Position numbers and translations under genes: made by a program. From assembly GCA_035489575.1 (NCBI GenBank), contig DATHJY010000009.1, positions 5,517 to 69,516 of the forward strand: a stretch of DNA of 64,000 bases. The letters are read 5' to 3'. Below, in pieces: positions 17,215 through 26,523 of the stretch. Numbering within the stretch: position 1 is the first letter of the stretch; every line of letters begins with the position of its first letter. Below the pieces are notes generated by a model that was not told the origin of the DNA, made no database searches, and saw only the letters and a list, made by a program, of their open reading frames with translations. This stretch comes from Verrucomicrobiia bacterium (GTDB lineage Bacteria; Patescibacteriota; Saccharimonadia; Saccharimonadales; JAGQNK01).

Positions 17215-17270
17215 GTTGTTAACTATCCTCTTATCATGCTTATCCCCAGTATACGCTACTGGTTATAAAA

Positions 17271-17417
17271 CTAGGCCGATTTTTTACCGGTTTCGCGGTT
17301 TGTAGTGCGGGCCTTTACTGGCGACTTAGCATTGACGGCACGGGCCAATTTAAGGACAAGGTGACTACGGCGTGTACCAGTGCGGCGTGGGCTGGTTCGT
17401 TTCTTTGGTTTACCCAT
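17271..17417 (-). CDS. rpmF: 50S ribosomal protein L32 (absent from the ORF track, 48 aa)
   Basis: My minus-strand translation is MGKPKKRTSPRRTGTRRSHLVLKLARAVNAKSPVKARTTNRETGKKSA. This matches the bL32 pattern K(K/R)RTSxxRxxxRRSH. Confidence 0.8.
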   Translation of the reverse strand: MGKPKKRTSPRRTGTRRSHLVLKLARAVNAKSPVKARTTNRETGKKSA

Positions 17418-17538
17418 GGTTAAAAAGCACTCCTGCTACTTAATCTGATGAATATTAGCCCTAGTATACCTTTTTATATAGATAAGCACAAGACGCAAAT
17501 ATTGACACGAAGTCTATTATGTGTTAATATTTACGTCT

Positions 17539-17874
17539 ATGTCCGAAATAACACACGATGATGCCACGCCAGCCAAGGACGTACGCCTTGGCCAGATTAC
17601 TTATGATCGCCGCCGTCCCGTGCAGTTTGAAGATGGCGAAGTTCAGCGAGAAGCGCTTGGCATCTGGAAAATTGTACTTACCGTTGGCGGCACAGCAGTT
17701 GGCATCGTTGGGTATGGTGCCTGGCGCCTCGTAAGCGGCAACAACGAAGCACCAACACCGCCGCCCGCCGAACCAATAGTGGTCGAAGCACCCATCGATC
17801 ACGCAGGCGATGCCTACCTGCCTTCAGACCCCCTTATGCAAGACGTCGATGCCTTTCTTGGCTACGATGAGTAG
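17539..17874 (+). CDS. hypothetical single-pass membrane protein
   Basis: MSEITHDD... with one TM helix (WKIVLTVGGTAVGIVGYGAWRLV). No recognised motifs. Confidence 0.4.
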   Translation: MSEITHDDATPAKDVRLGQITYDRRRPVQFEDGEVQREALGIWKIVLTVGGTAVGIVGYGAWRLVSGNNEAPTPPPAEPIVVEAPIDHAGDAYLPSDPLMQDVDAFLGYDE

Positions 17875-17898
17875 TAAATACAGTTTACGGGGGTATAA

Positions 17899-17927
17899 TT
17901 GACTTTTGAAGAGTTTTATTATAAAAT
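17899..17927 (+). promoter_or_regulatory. sigma70-like promoter TTGACT-17-TAAAAT for cassette F
   Basis: TTGACT at 17899-17904 and TAAAAT at 17922-17927. The leader is short (~45 nt). Confidence 0.4.
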
Positions 17928-17974
17928 ATATGTAGATTTGTCCTTTCAAATCACGCCTAGAAGGAAGTGATTGC

Positions 17975-18508
17975 ATGCGCACTCGTCTTGTCATAGCCGC
18001 CGCGGCAGCTCTGATCGGCCTGGGCCTGTTGGTCCCGTTCGCACTGAGCCATGTCGGTTCAGATGCCCAACCCTCGGAGTCCTCGCAAGAGGATCTCTGG
18101 TGCCCGCCCGAGCCCATAACCCACACCGTCACCGGCAACCTCGACACGCGGATCGACCTGCACGACGGCATGTGGTACAACGCCACGTACGCCGGCTCCC
18201 GCCTAAAGCTGGACCTGATGGTCGGCATCCAGCCGGCACTGATGCATCCGGACTATTCGGAATCGGAAGACTTCTCGGTCTTCGACTCTGACGCAGGGAC
18301 GCAGCACGCCATCGACGAGGGATACTACCCCATCGTCCGATTCCTGACCGTTCCGACTGTCGACGAAGATCCCATCTTCACCTACATCGAAGGCGGTGGT
18401 CTGCACGTCTACGTGTCGGTCACGCCCGTGCGTGAAGATGGCTACCCCCAGGTCCAGATCTTCAGCGAGGGAGAGACCCTCAGAATGACTTGCGAGTTCC
18501 GCCGCTAA
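17975..18508 (+). CDS. hypothetical secreted protein (GC-rich orphan, cassette F)
   Basis: N-terminal signal-peptide-like MRTRLVIAAAAALIGLGLLVPFALSHVGSDA. GGAAG lies upstream of the ATG. GC-rich. Confidence 0.55.
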   Translation: MRTRLVIAAAAALIGLGLLVPFALSHVGSDAQPSESSQEDLWCPPEPITHTVTGNLDTRIDLHDGMWYNATYAGSRLKLDLMVGIQPALMHPDYSESEDFSVFDSDAGTQHAIDEGYYPIVRFLTVPTVDEDPIFTYIEGGGLHVYVSVTPVREDGYPQVQIFSEGETLRMTCEFRR

Positions 18509-18604
18509 CCATCACCACCTCTTTGCCCCGCCTAGGCCCCTTGCCCCATAGGGGATACTTCCGAATGGTTCGGAAGATCAAAGGTTTGCCCTCCTAGGCA
18601 CCCC

Positions 18605-18666
18605 GGACCAAGCTTTCCCGCGTTTTTGGGTGCCACCGCACTCTCACCGCTCGCTCAGCTTGGTCC
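18605..18666 (+). terminator. long-loop stem-loop 3' of cassette F (10 bp perfect stem, 42 nt loop, then a T-rich run)
   Basis: GGACCAAGCT (18605-18614) pairs with AGCTTGGTCC (18657-18666), followed by TTCTTTATATTTT. Confidence 0.4.
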
Positions 18667-18681
18667 TTCTTTATATTTTGC

Positions 18682-18710
18682 TTGAAATATTTATAAAAGT
18701 ATTGTATAAT
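18682..18710 (+). promoter_or_regulatory. sigma70-like promoter TTGAAA-17-TATAAT for cassette G
   Basis: TTGAAA at 18682-18687 and TATAAT at 18705-18710. This implies a ~130 nt leader with an imperfect hairpin at about 18761-18811. Confidence 0.45.
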
Positions 18711-18848
18711 AGTGTCTTCTCTATCTTATAGAGATGTTTTTTGACAAGCAAACAGGAAGATTAGGTGGAGTAGTGGCGCTTTAGCACTTAAGGCACTACC
18801 ACTCCGCCTAATCCCAACCAATCTGTTCCCCCCTCGAAAGCGAGTGAC

Positions 18849-19247
18849 ATGCCCATTCTCGTTGCCCTCTTCATGCTGGTAGTCCACCTGTACGTCGTGG
18901 CCTTCTGTGCCGTTCCTCTGGTGCACGCCCTTGGCCCCTACTTCACCACGCGACTCCAGCACCTGTCGAGCCGACACGATGCCATCAAGGCCGATCTGTT
19001 CATCCTGGGCGTCCCCCTGGCAGGCTTCGTGCTGTGCGAGTGGATGATCTACCTCAACGGTGGTCCTACGCTCATCTTCGCAGCTGCTGTCGCGGTGGTC
19101 ATCGCGGTCATGCTGAACCTCTACTGGCACTACAAGGCCCAAGTCCACCCCCAGGGGATGACCAACTTCGAGATCGTCACCGAGACCGCCTTCGGGCTGG
19201 TCTTCGGCGCAGCCGCGCTGTACATGCTGTACGGACAGCTGGTCTAA
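18849..19247 (+). CDS. hypothetical integral membrane protein (GC-rich orphan, cassette G)
   Basis: 132 aa with about 4 hydrophobic helices. GC-rich. Followed by a stem-loop at about 19271-19335. Confidence 0.5.
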   Translation: MPILVALFMLVVHLYVVAFCAVPLVHALGPYFTTRLQHLSSRHDAIKADLFILGVPLAGFVLCEWMIYLNGGPTLIFAAAVAVVIAVMLNLYWHYKAQVHPQGMTNFEIVTETAFGLVFGAAALYMLYGQLV

Positions 19248-19386
19248 CCAACGTGGGAGCGACGAGCCAAGAGGAGAGAACAGAATAATAGAAGCTGCCG
19301 GTCTTTGACCCGCACCCTTCTATTTCTGTTTTGTCCTGTTTGCTTGTCGCCCTACCACGCTTTTTATTCCCACGCCCGTCCCATGG

Positions 19387-21867
19387 CTAGACCACGAAGT
19401 TTATGAGTTTTTTGGGGACATAGATAGTTTTCTTGGTGCCAGCTTCTATATAGCCGACCACTTTGGGGTCGGCCTTGGCTGCCGCTACTACAGTATCTTC
19501 TGTCGCATCTGTAGACACTTCTATCTGAGCACGTAGCTTGCCATTTACCTGCACCACAATTTTCATGGTGTCCTGCTGCAGATATGTCTCGTCCCACTCT
19601 GGCCAGGTGCTGACATGCACTGAGCCTTCTTGGCCCAATTGCTGCCACAACTCTTCGCTGATGTGCGGAGCAAATGGAGCCAGCAATTGTATCAGGGCGA
19701 CCAGCCCTTGGTTCCACTCGTCTGAGCCTACCGGAATAGTTGTTTTATGCTTATACAATTCGTTGATGTATTCCATCAGCGCGGCCACGGCGGTATTGAA
19801 GCCCAGCTCATGCAGGTCTTCGGTTACGCGCTTGATGGCACGGTGCTGTGACTGCTGTAGAGCCCTGACGTCGCCGGCTGATTCTTTGGGGGCGTCAGCG
19901 GCCTCTTGCACCAGTGTCCAGATGCGCTGCAAGAAGCGATGGGCGCCACCCATGCCCTTGACGCTCCAGTTGGCCACCTGGTTCCAGGGGCCAATGAATA
20001 GTTCCATAATACGGATAGAATCAGCACCGTAGCCTTGTTCGATCAGAACACCTGGCTCTATGGTGTTGCCCTTGGACTTGCTCATCTTGGCGCCGTCGGG
20101 GGCCAGAATCATGCCATGGTTGCGCAGTGTCTTGAAGGGTTCCTGGAAAGTTATCAGGCCTTCGTCAAACATCACCTTGGTCCAGAAACGAGCGTACAGC
20201 AGGTGCATCACGGCGTGCTCGGCTCCGCCGATGTAGTCGTCTACCGGCAGCCAAAACTTGGCCTGTTCTGGGCTAAAGGGTTGGTCGTTGTTGTGTGGGT
20301 CGGCAAAGCGCAGGAAATACCAGCTACTGCAGGCAAAGCCGTCCATGGTGTCTGTCTCGCGCTCGGCTGGGCCGCCACAGGTGGGGCAAGTAGTGTTCAC
20401 AAACTCTGGTACATTGGCCAGCGGACTACGGCCATCACCTGATGGTTCATAGCTCTTCACTTCTGGCAAAACCACGGGTAACTGGTCATCTGGTACCGCC
20501 ACTGCTCCGTCTGTGGGACAGTGGACAATAGGGATGGGTGCGCCCCAATAGCGTTGGCGGCTGATCAGCCAGTCACGGATACGGTAGCTATGGACGCGCA
20601 CGCCCATACCGGTTTCTTCCATGTGGTCTTTCATTTTCTCGGTGGCTTCGTGAATGTCCAGGCCGTCCAAGAAATCTGAGTTGATCATCTTGCCAGTCTT
20701 TTCCTGTACCTGCTCGGGCTTAGTCACCAGCGATTCGTCGCCGTCTGGACCCACCACAACGCGCTGAACAGGAATATCAAACTGCTGCGCAAACTGGAAA
20801 TCACGCATATCATGGCCAGGCACACCAACCACCGCACCAGTACCAAAACCAGCCAGCACAAAGTCAGACACCCATACCGGCAACTTCTTGCCATTCAGCG
20901 GGTTATCTATATAGAAGCCGGTGAAGGCGCCGGTCTTTAGGCGACCTTCTTCTTGGCGTTCGAGTTCGCTCTTGTTCAGTGACTTTTGCACATAGTGTTC
21001 TACCGCCTGCCAATGAGACGGACCGTCGGTGGGGACAATTTCTTGTTTGATAACTTTTTGCACAAAAGGATGCTCGGGTGCCAATACCAAGAAGGTAGCG
21101 CCAAAGTTAGTGTCTGGGCGAGTCGTAAAGACGGCCAGTTCCTGGTCACTAGCGACATTGGATACTTTGTAAGTAATGTTTATACCGGTCTTGTGGCCGA
21201 TCCAGTTGCGCTGCATTGTCTTGATGCTGTCCGTCCAGTTAACATCATCCAGATCTTTTTCTAGGCGGTCAGCATAGTCGGTAATCTTGAAGAACCACTG
21301 CTTAAGGGCTTTCTTTTCTACCTGGCTGCCACACCGCCAACACTGGCCGTTTTCTACCTGCTCATTGGCCAGCACGGTCTTGTCTACCGGGCACCACCAC
21401 TGCATGCTTTCTTTTTGATAAGCCAGTCCACGCTTGAACAGCAGGTTGAAAAACCACTGGGTCCATTTGTAGTAGTTGGGGTCAGTACTGTCTATCTCGC
21501 GTGACCAGTCGTAGCCAAAGCCCATTTGGGTTAGCTGTTGCTTGAAGCGCTTGGTGTTTTCGTCTACGGCCTTGCGCGGGCTGGTGCCGGTCTTTATAGC
21601 ATAGTTTTCGGCGGGCAAGCCAAAGGCATCCCACCCCATGGGGTGCAGCACATTGTAGCCCTGCATGCGGTTAAAGCGGCTGATGGCGTCGCCAATAGTG
21701 TAGTTGCGTACATGACCCACGTGCATGGCAGCACCACTAGGGTATGGGAAATATTCCAGCACGTAGCGCTTAGGTTTGCTGGGGTCTTCTGTGGCTCGGT
21801 GGATGCCCTGCTGTTCCCAGGTGTCTTGCCACTTGGACTCAATATCTTTTGGGATGTATCGTTTCAT
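19387..21867 (-). CDS. leuS: leucine--tRNA ligase
   Basis: 826 aa with HVGHVRNY (HIGH), KMSKSKGN (KMSKS) and a CP1 editing domain. Confidence 0.95.
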   Translation of the reverse strand: MKRYIPKDIESKWQDTWEQQGIHRATEDPSKPKRYVLEYFPYPSGAAMHVGHVRNYTIGDAISRFNRMQGYNVLHPMGWDAFGLPAENYAIKTGTSPRKAVDENTKRFKQQLTQMGFGYDWSREIDSTDPNYYKWTQWFFNLLFKRGLAYQKESMQWWCPVDKTVLANEQVENGQCWRCGSQVEKKALKQWFFKITDYADRLEKDLDDVNWTDSIKTMQRNWIGHKTGINITYKVSNVASDQELAVFTTRPDTNFGATFLVLAPEHPFVQKVIKQEIVPTDGPSHWQAVEHYVQKSLNKSELERQEEGRLKTGAFTGFYIDNPLNGKKLPVWVSDFVLAGFGTGAVVGVPGHDMRDFQFAQQFDIPVQRVVVGPDGDESLVTKPEQVQEKTGKMINSDFLDGLDIHEATEKMKDHMEETGMGVRVHSYRIRDWLISRQRYWGAPIPIVHCPTDGAVAVPDDQLPVVLPEVKSYEPSGDGRSPLANVPEFVNTTCPTCGGPAERETDTMDGFACSSWYFLRFADPHNNDQPFSPEQAKFWLPVDDYIGGAEHAVMHLLYARFWTKVMFDEGLITFQEPFKTLRNHGMILAPDGAKMSKSKGNTIEPGVLIEQGYGADSIRIMELFIGPWNQVANWSVKGMGGAHRFLQRIWTLVQEAADAPKESAGDVRALQQSQHRAIKRVTEDLHELGFNTAVAALMEYINELYKHKTTIPVGSDEWNQGLVALIQLLAPFAPHISEELWQQLGQEGSVHVSTWPEWDETYLQQDTMKIVVQVNGKLRAQIEVSTDATEDTVVAAAKADPKVVGYIEAGTKKTIYVPKKLINFVV

Positions 21868-22012
21868 AATAAAAAACCAACTTGTATTACTTTGTTTGCA
21901 TTATAACTTAGTGAAAGAGAAAATTGCCCTAGCGGGCGAGAAGAGTACGTGCGGTAGTATGTCGCATAATCATTGCTACACAATACTAAAGTAGCCAACA
22001 GAGGTCAATGGG

Positions 22013-22825
22013 CTAATGGCGTCCGAATATATCAGCCTTTGGGGATTGGAGCGAAAGACCCATAAGCTGGCTGACCGTTACCAGTTGATAGTGTTGTTTT
22101 AGGGTAGCCACAAATTCTGTGGCAGCGGCCACGGTCACCGATTTTATATCATGCATGACCACGATGCCGCCCGGCTTGGCCAAGGCAATGACGGCCTGAG
22201 CCAAAGCATGCGGATCTTTAGCATCCCAATCCTTGGGGTCAATGTTCCAGTAGGCTAGTGACATCTCGGTGGCTTGCTGCACAGCAGGAGTGTGGATGCC
22301 ATACGGCGGACGCATCAGTCGAGGCGTAACTCCCAGGTCTTTGAAAGACTGCTGGGCGTGGGCAATATCCGCTGCAATATGCACTTGCTGCATTGGCCCA
22401 AAGTTGGCATGACCCCAGCTGTGGTTGCCGATCTCGTGTCCCTCGTGAGCCACCCGGCGTACAACGTTTGGATACTTCACTGCCTGTGAGCCCAACATAA
22501 AGAAGGTGGCACTGGCCTGGTGGGCAGCCAAGGTATCGAGCAAGGCGGCAGTATGTTCGCCCGGCCCATCGTCGAACGTCAGAGCCAGACAGGCCCGAAC
22601 CGCACAGTCCAGAGCCGGCTTTGGTGGACTGAGTTCGGCAAACACTACGGTAGCTGGTGCGTGATTGATCTGGAGCACTCGGGCTGCAGACTGGCGGGAC
22701 ACCGTGGACTGGGGTGAGGATGACGCAGGGGCACAGGTGACACCAAGCTGCATGGCCAACAGAGCCACCCCGGCGGCGGCTGATTTAATGCAAGCGGCCA
22801 TACTTGCCCCTTTGTCAAAAAGCAT
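22013..22825 (-). CDS. polysaccharide deacetylase (NodB domain), secreted
   Basis: LTFDDGPGEHT...HEIGNHSWGH...RPPYG NodB motifs and an N-terminal hydrophobic signal. Somewhat GC-rich. Confidence 0.8.
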   Translation of the reverse strand: MLFDKGASMAACIKSAAAGVALLAMQLGVTCAPASSSPQSTVSRQSAARVLQINHAPATVVFAELSPPKPALDCAVRACLALTFDDGPGEHTAALLDTLAAHQASATFFMLGSQAVKYPNVVRRVAHEGHEIGNHSWGHANFGPMQQVHIAADIAHAQQSFKDLGVTPRLMRPPYGIHTPAVQQATEMSLAYWNIDPKDWDAKDPHALAQAVIALAKPGGIVVMHDIKSVTVAAATEFVATLKQHYQLVTVSQLMGLSLQSPKADIFGRH

Positions 22826-22829
22826 GAGC

Positions 22830-24128
22830 CTATTGTACAGCTTGGACTATTTGCTGCAAAGTCGCAGAAAACTTGGCGTCGTCAGCTTCCAGCAATGTCA
22901 TGCGGAAACCAGGCACGTAACTATTAAAGCCTGTGGTCAGTGGCACCGTACAAATACCCGTGGCCGCCAGTAGCTGGTAGCAGAACCGTTTGTCAAAAGC
23001 ATCCTCAGGAATTTTGGCCAATTCTTGGTCTAGGAGCGCCTGAGCCTTGGGGTTCGCCGCCGCTAATACAAAAGGCTTCTTCATGAATTCCTCAGAGAAT
23101 GTCACCGACAGATAAAACGCTCCTTTTGGAATAACCACATCGAGTGCGGGGCTGGTACCAAGTACTTCCAAAGCTTGTTGGGCACGTTTGGCATACTGGA
23201 TTCGTCGGACGGCAAGGTGAGCCGGATAGCGTTCGTCGCTCAGAATAGTAGGCAGCACCGCTTGCGGCAGCGTGGTCGAACATACTTCGTTCATCTTGGC
23301 TTCTTCTATAGACTGCACGTAGCGGGCAAAATCTGGATCTGCGTCTACATTGTAGAATTCTAGCCAGCCACACCGGCCACCAGGCCATGGCACTTCCTTG
23401 GACAAGCCACGCATGATCATAGTCGGAATGCCTACCGCCAGCTGTGCAATAGACACAAAGCCGCTATCTTCATAGGCCAGGTTAGCGTAGATCTCGTCGG
23501 CGATGAGGAACAGGTTGTGTTCGCGGGCGATATTCACAAACTCTTCTAGTATTTCGCGCGGGTAGACTACGCCAGTGGGGTTGTCGGGGTTAATAATCAG
23601 CAATGCGCAAACGCTGGGGTTGTATTCTACCTGCCTGCGTACGTCTTCTACGTCTGGCAGCCAGCCGTTGTCCGGCAAGAGTTTGTAAGTCAGTTGTGGC
23701 GAGCCGCCATGGGCACCCTCGAGCGATGAATGCGTAGGATAGGCGGGATTGGGACCAAGCACCCGGGCACGGGGATGCAGCCAAGCGTACACCTTAGTTA
23801 CGGCATCGCCCAAGCCATTAAAGAAAATAATATTCTCAGACTTTAGGTCGATTCCCGTTTCTTTGGTACGTGTACGGGCCAGATACTGACGAGCCTCTAG
23901 CAATCCTTTGGTAGGCGAATAGGCAAAAGACTGCACGTCGGTTCGCACCTCGTTGGCCACGATATCACGAATCCAGTCAGGGATTTGTTCGCCCTTGGCC
24001 ACGGGATCACCGATATTCTCCCAGATAATATCTACGTCTGCTTTGGCTAGTTTTTGAGCAAACTTTACAATGCCGCGGATTTCATACCGAAGCTCTCCTG
24101 CCCCGGGATGCACAATGTTGGTTCTCAT
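22830..24128 (-). CDS. class I/II pyridoxal-phosphate aminotransferase (alanine aminotransferase-like)
   Basis: 432 aa with NPDNPTG, DEIYANLAY and GLSKEVPWPGGRCGW (PLP lysine region). Confidence 0.8.
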   Translation of the reverse strand: MRTNIVHPGAGELRYEIRGIVKFAQKLAKADVDIIWENIGDPVAKGEQIPDWIRDIVANEVRTDVQSFAYSPTKGLLEARQYLARTRTKETGIDLKSENIIFFNGLGDAVTKVYAWLHPRARVLGPNPAYPTHSSLEGAHGGSPQLTYKLLPDNGWLPDVEDVRRQVEYNPSVCALLIINPDNPTGVVYPREILEEFVNIAREHNLFLIADEIYANLAYEDSGFVSIAQLAVGIPTMIMRGLSKEVPWPGGRCGWLEFYNVDADPDFARYVQSIEEAKMNEVCSTTLPQAVLPTILSDERYPAHLAVRRIQYAKRAQQALEVLGTSPALDVVIPKGAFYLSVTFSEEFMKKPFVLAAANPKAQALLDQELAKIPEDAFDKRFCYQLLAATGICTVPLTTGFNSYVPGFRMTLLEADDAKFSATLQQIVQAVQ

Positions 24129-24138
24129 TGGAATCTCC

Positions 24139-25290
24139 TTAAGAAATTAAATATCGACGTACGTCGGGTGACAAATCCGTCAGCAAAGAGTAAGAAAACA
24201 GCCCGTGCTGGACTGCAATGGTATCTATTGAATTTTGATCTGCCGAGTGGTTACTATACACCACTACTTCATCGCCTGCATGAACATTTTCATCCCCTAG
24301 AGCGACTATAGTGTGGTTCATACAGACCCGGCCAACAATGGGGTAGAATCGTGATCCAATTTTGACCTGGCCCTTATTGCTCAGCGCTCGGCTGACCCCC
24401 TCATGATACCCCAGCGGTAGTATGCCAATGCGCATAGCCTTAGGAGCGGTAAAGGTGTAGTTGTAGCTCACTTTATCGCCCTTCTCTAGCTGTTGCACCT
24501 TGCTAATGGTGCTAACTAGCCGCAGTGCGGGACGCAACCGCACAGTGTCATGTAGTGCATGTTTGGGTGGGAATGGGTTGATTCCGTACAGACCAATACC
24601 CAGGCGCATCGCGTTGGCATAGGCGGACTGCGCCCGGGGCCCACCGGCGGTTTGTGCCGTGTGGAACAGCGTTGGCTTCAACCCGGCAGCCAGTATCTTT
24701 TCTACTGATGTATCAAACAATTTTACGGCAGCGTGAATGGTCTGACTGTCGTCTCCGTCTGGGTCGGCCAAATGAGCCATGATACCTTCCAGCTGAATTT
24801 TCGGATACTGCTGTATGAGATCGATATATTTTTGCAGCTCATGTGGCATAACACCGTATCGGTTCATTCCCGTATTCAGTTCTAGATGAATCTTGACCCG
24901 TTTGCCCAGCTTGCCCAGAGCGTGCAGAGTGTCCTCGTCCTGGACGACAAAAGCTAATTGGCGAAACTTGAGCTTGGGAAAATTCTGTGGCTTGATCATA
25001 CCCATAACCAAAATGGGCTGGCGCGGATTATGTGCACGCACCTTGAGCGCCTCGAAGTACCCATCTACTGCAATATAAGCGAACCATTCGCCTTTTAGTG
25101 CTGTGGCTACTTGCTGGATACCATGACCGTAGGCGTTGCCCTTTAGCACCGGGATTATCTGGAGTCCACTGTGCTGGCCGAAAAATTCAGCGTTGTGCGT
25201 CAGCGCAGACTTGGATATTTCAATACGATTGTATACTTCGTACGATCGCTGCAATTTCTTTGTTAGGCGGTGCAGATGTGTACGAATCAT
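24139..25290 (-). CDS. alr: alanine racemase
   Basis: PVLKGNAYGHG PLP-lysine motif and length typical of Alr. Confidence 0.9.
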   Translation of the reverse strand: MIRTHLHRLTKKLQRSYEVYNRIEISKSALTHNAEFFGQHSGLQIIPVLKGNAYGHGIQQVATALKGEWFAYIAVDGYFEALKVRAHNPRQPILVMGMIKPQNFPKLKFRQLAFVVQDEDTLHALGKLGKRVKIHLELNTGMNRYGVMPHELQKYIDLIQQYPKIQLEGIMAHLADPDGDDSQTIHAAVKLFDTSVEKILAAGLKPTLFHTAQTAGGPRAQSAYANAMRLGIGLYGINPFPPKHALHDTVRLRPALRLVSTISKVQQLEKGDKVSYNYTFTAPKAMRIGILPLGYHEGVSRALSNKGQVKIGSRFYPIVGRVCMNHTIVALGDENVHAGDEVVVYSNHSADQNSIDTIAVQHGLFSYSLLTDLSPDVRRYLIS

Positions 25291-25298
25291 AGCCTTAC

Positions 25299-26468
25299 CT
25301 AAAATTGCTTTAAGAAGTTGGTACCAAAGCTAGTTTGCAAACGCTGCTGGGCCGCAAAACGGGCTTCGGCGTATCCGACCAGTCGCGTCACCAGCTCTAC
25401 GTTAGACACACCCTTTTGGCGCCAGTTGTGAGCGTATAGGCTGCCGGGTAGCGGATTGACTTCGTTGAAATAGACTGCGCCTTTCTTGCTGTCTATCAGC
25501 ATGTCCACGCGAGCCGTGCCGGTGCAGCCCAGTGCACGGTAGACATCCAGACCAGTTTGTTCGGCTTTTTTGTACAGCTTTTCGGGCAGTTCGGCCGGGA
25601 CCTTGCTGTAGCCTTGGGCACCCAATTTGCCACCCATTTTTTTGCCAGCGCCTTTGCCGCCCTGGCCCATATACTTAGTCTCGAAATCAAAGAAGTCTTC
25701 GCTCTGCACGAGGGGCTGTTCCAGATAGGATGGCACCGGATCCTCGTTACCCATAATAGGCAGCGTTACTTCGATAAGGTTGGGTACTGCTTCTTCAACA
25801 ATCACTTTGTCGTCATAGTGCACGGCCACTTCCAGGGCATTCATGAGCTGCTTTGGGTCTGTCGCACGGGTAATGCCAATACTAGAACCAATGTGCGTTG
25901 GCTTCACAAATAGTGGGTACTTCAATGGCTTGATACGCGTCAGCACCTCTTGTGGATTTTGTGCCAGTTCGCGCGACATAAACCATACCCACTTGTTGCT
26001 GGACACACCCTGACTTATGGCCACCTGCTTGGCCAAGACCTTGTCCATGGCAATAGCACTGGCTGCTACACCACAGCCCACATACGGCACGCCGGCCATT
26101 TCTAGCAGTCCCATCAGATCGCCGTCTTCGCCGTGAGTGCCGTGCATTGCCGGAAACACCACGTCAATTTTTTTATAAGCTTTGCGGCCAGCGAATTGGC
26201 TGGATTTGACCAGTGTCAGGCCGTTGTCGAACAGCAAGTGAACTTTGGACGCCTTGTGCATAAAGCTTTCTAGCTCGGTGCCCTGGTACAGCTTGATATC
26301 TTTTAGTTTTTGGTCCCAGTACCACGAGCCGTCTTTGGCAATGTAGACCGGTTCTACTTGGTATTCTTTGGCTAGTTCGAGGGGTTTGATGATACTGGCG
26401 ATGGCCGTGACTATCGAGACATCATGCTCGGTAGACTGCCCGCCAAAAATAACGGCGATTGTTTTCAT
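25299..26468 (-). CDS. ddl: D-alanine--D-alanine ligase
   Basis: MKTIAVIFGGQSTEHDVS...HGTHGEDGDLMGLLE...ATP-grasp...EVNPLPGS. The ATG at 26468 is preferred over the tracked 26510. Confidence 0.9.
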   Translation of the reverse strand: MKTIAVIFGGQSTEHDVSIVTAIASIIKPLELAKEYQVEPVYIAKDGSWYWDQKLKDIKLYQGTELESFMHKASKVHLLFDNGLTLVKSSQFAGRKAYKKIDVVFPAMHGTHGEDGDLMGLLEMAGVPYVGCGVAASAIAMDKVLAKQVAISQGVSSNKWVWFMSRELAQNPQEVLTRIKPLKYPLFVKPTHIGSSIGITRATDPKQLMNALEVAVHYDDKVIVEEAVPNLIEVTLPIMGNEDPVPSYLEQPLVQSEDFFDFETKYMGQGGKGAGKKMGGKLGAQGYSKVPAELPEKLYKKAEQTGLDVYRALGCTGTARVDMLIDSKKGAVYFNEVNPLPGSLYAHNWRQKGVSNVELVTRLVGYAEARFAAQQRLQTSFGTNFLKQF

Positions 26469-26523
26469 AAGCCTAGTGTACGGCGGCCAAACTACAATTA
26501 CAATATACAATTAATATGTGCAA

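Noticed and set aside
2581-18666. Long-loop 3' stem-loops of the GC-rich ORFs interpreted as integron attC sites.
   Set aside because: I could not find RYYYAAC/GTTRRRY core sites at the stem ends, and no intI integrase or attI is present. The ORFs are dispersed between housekeeping genes rather than arrayed, and most have their own promoter.
21868-22012. A T-box leader upstream of leuS.
   Set aside because: The intergenic region is only ~145 nt, and I could not find the specifier loop/T-box (AGAGA...GGTGG-type) elements. Only promoter-like hexamers are present.
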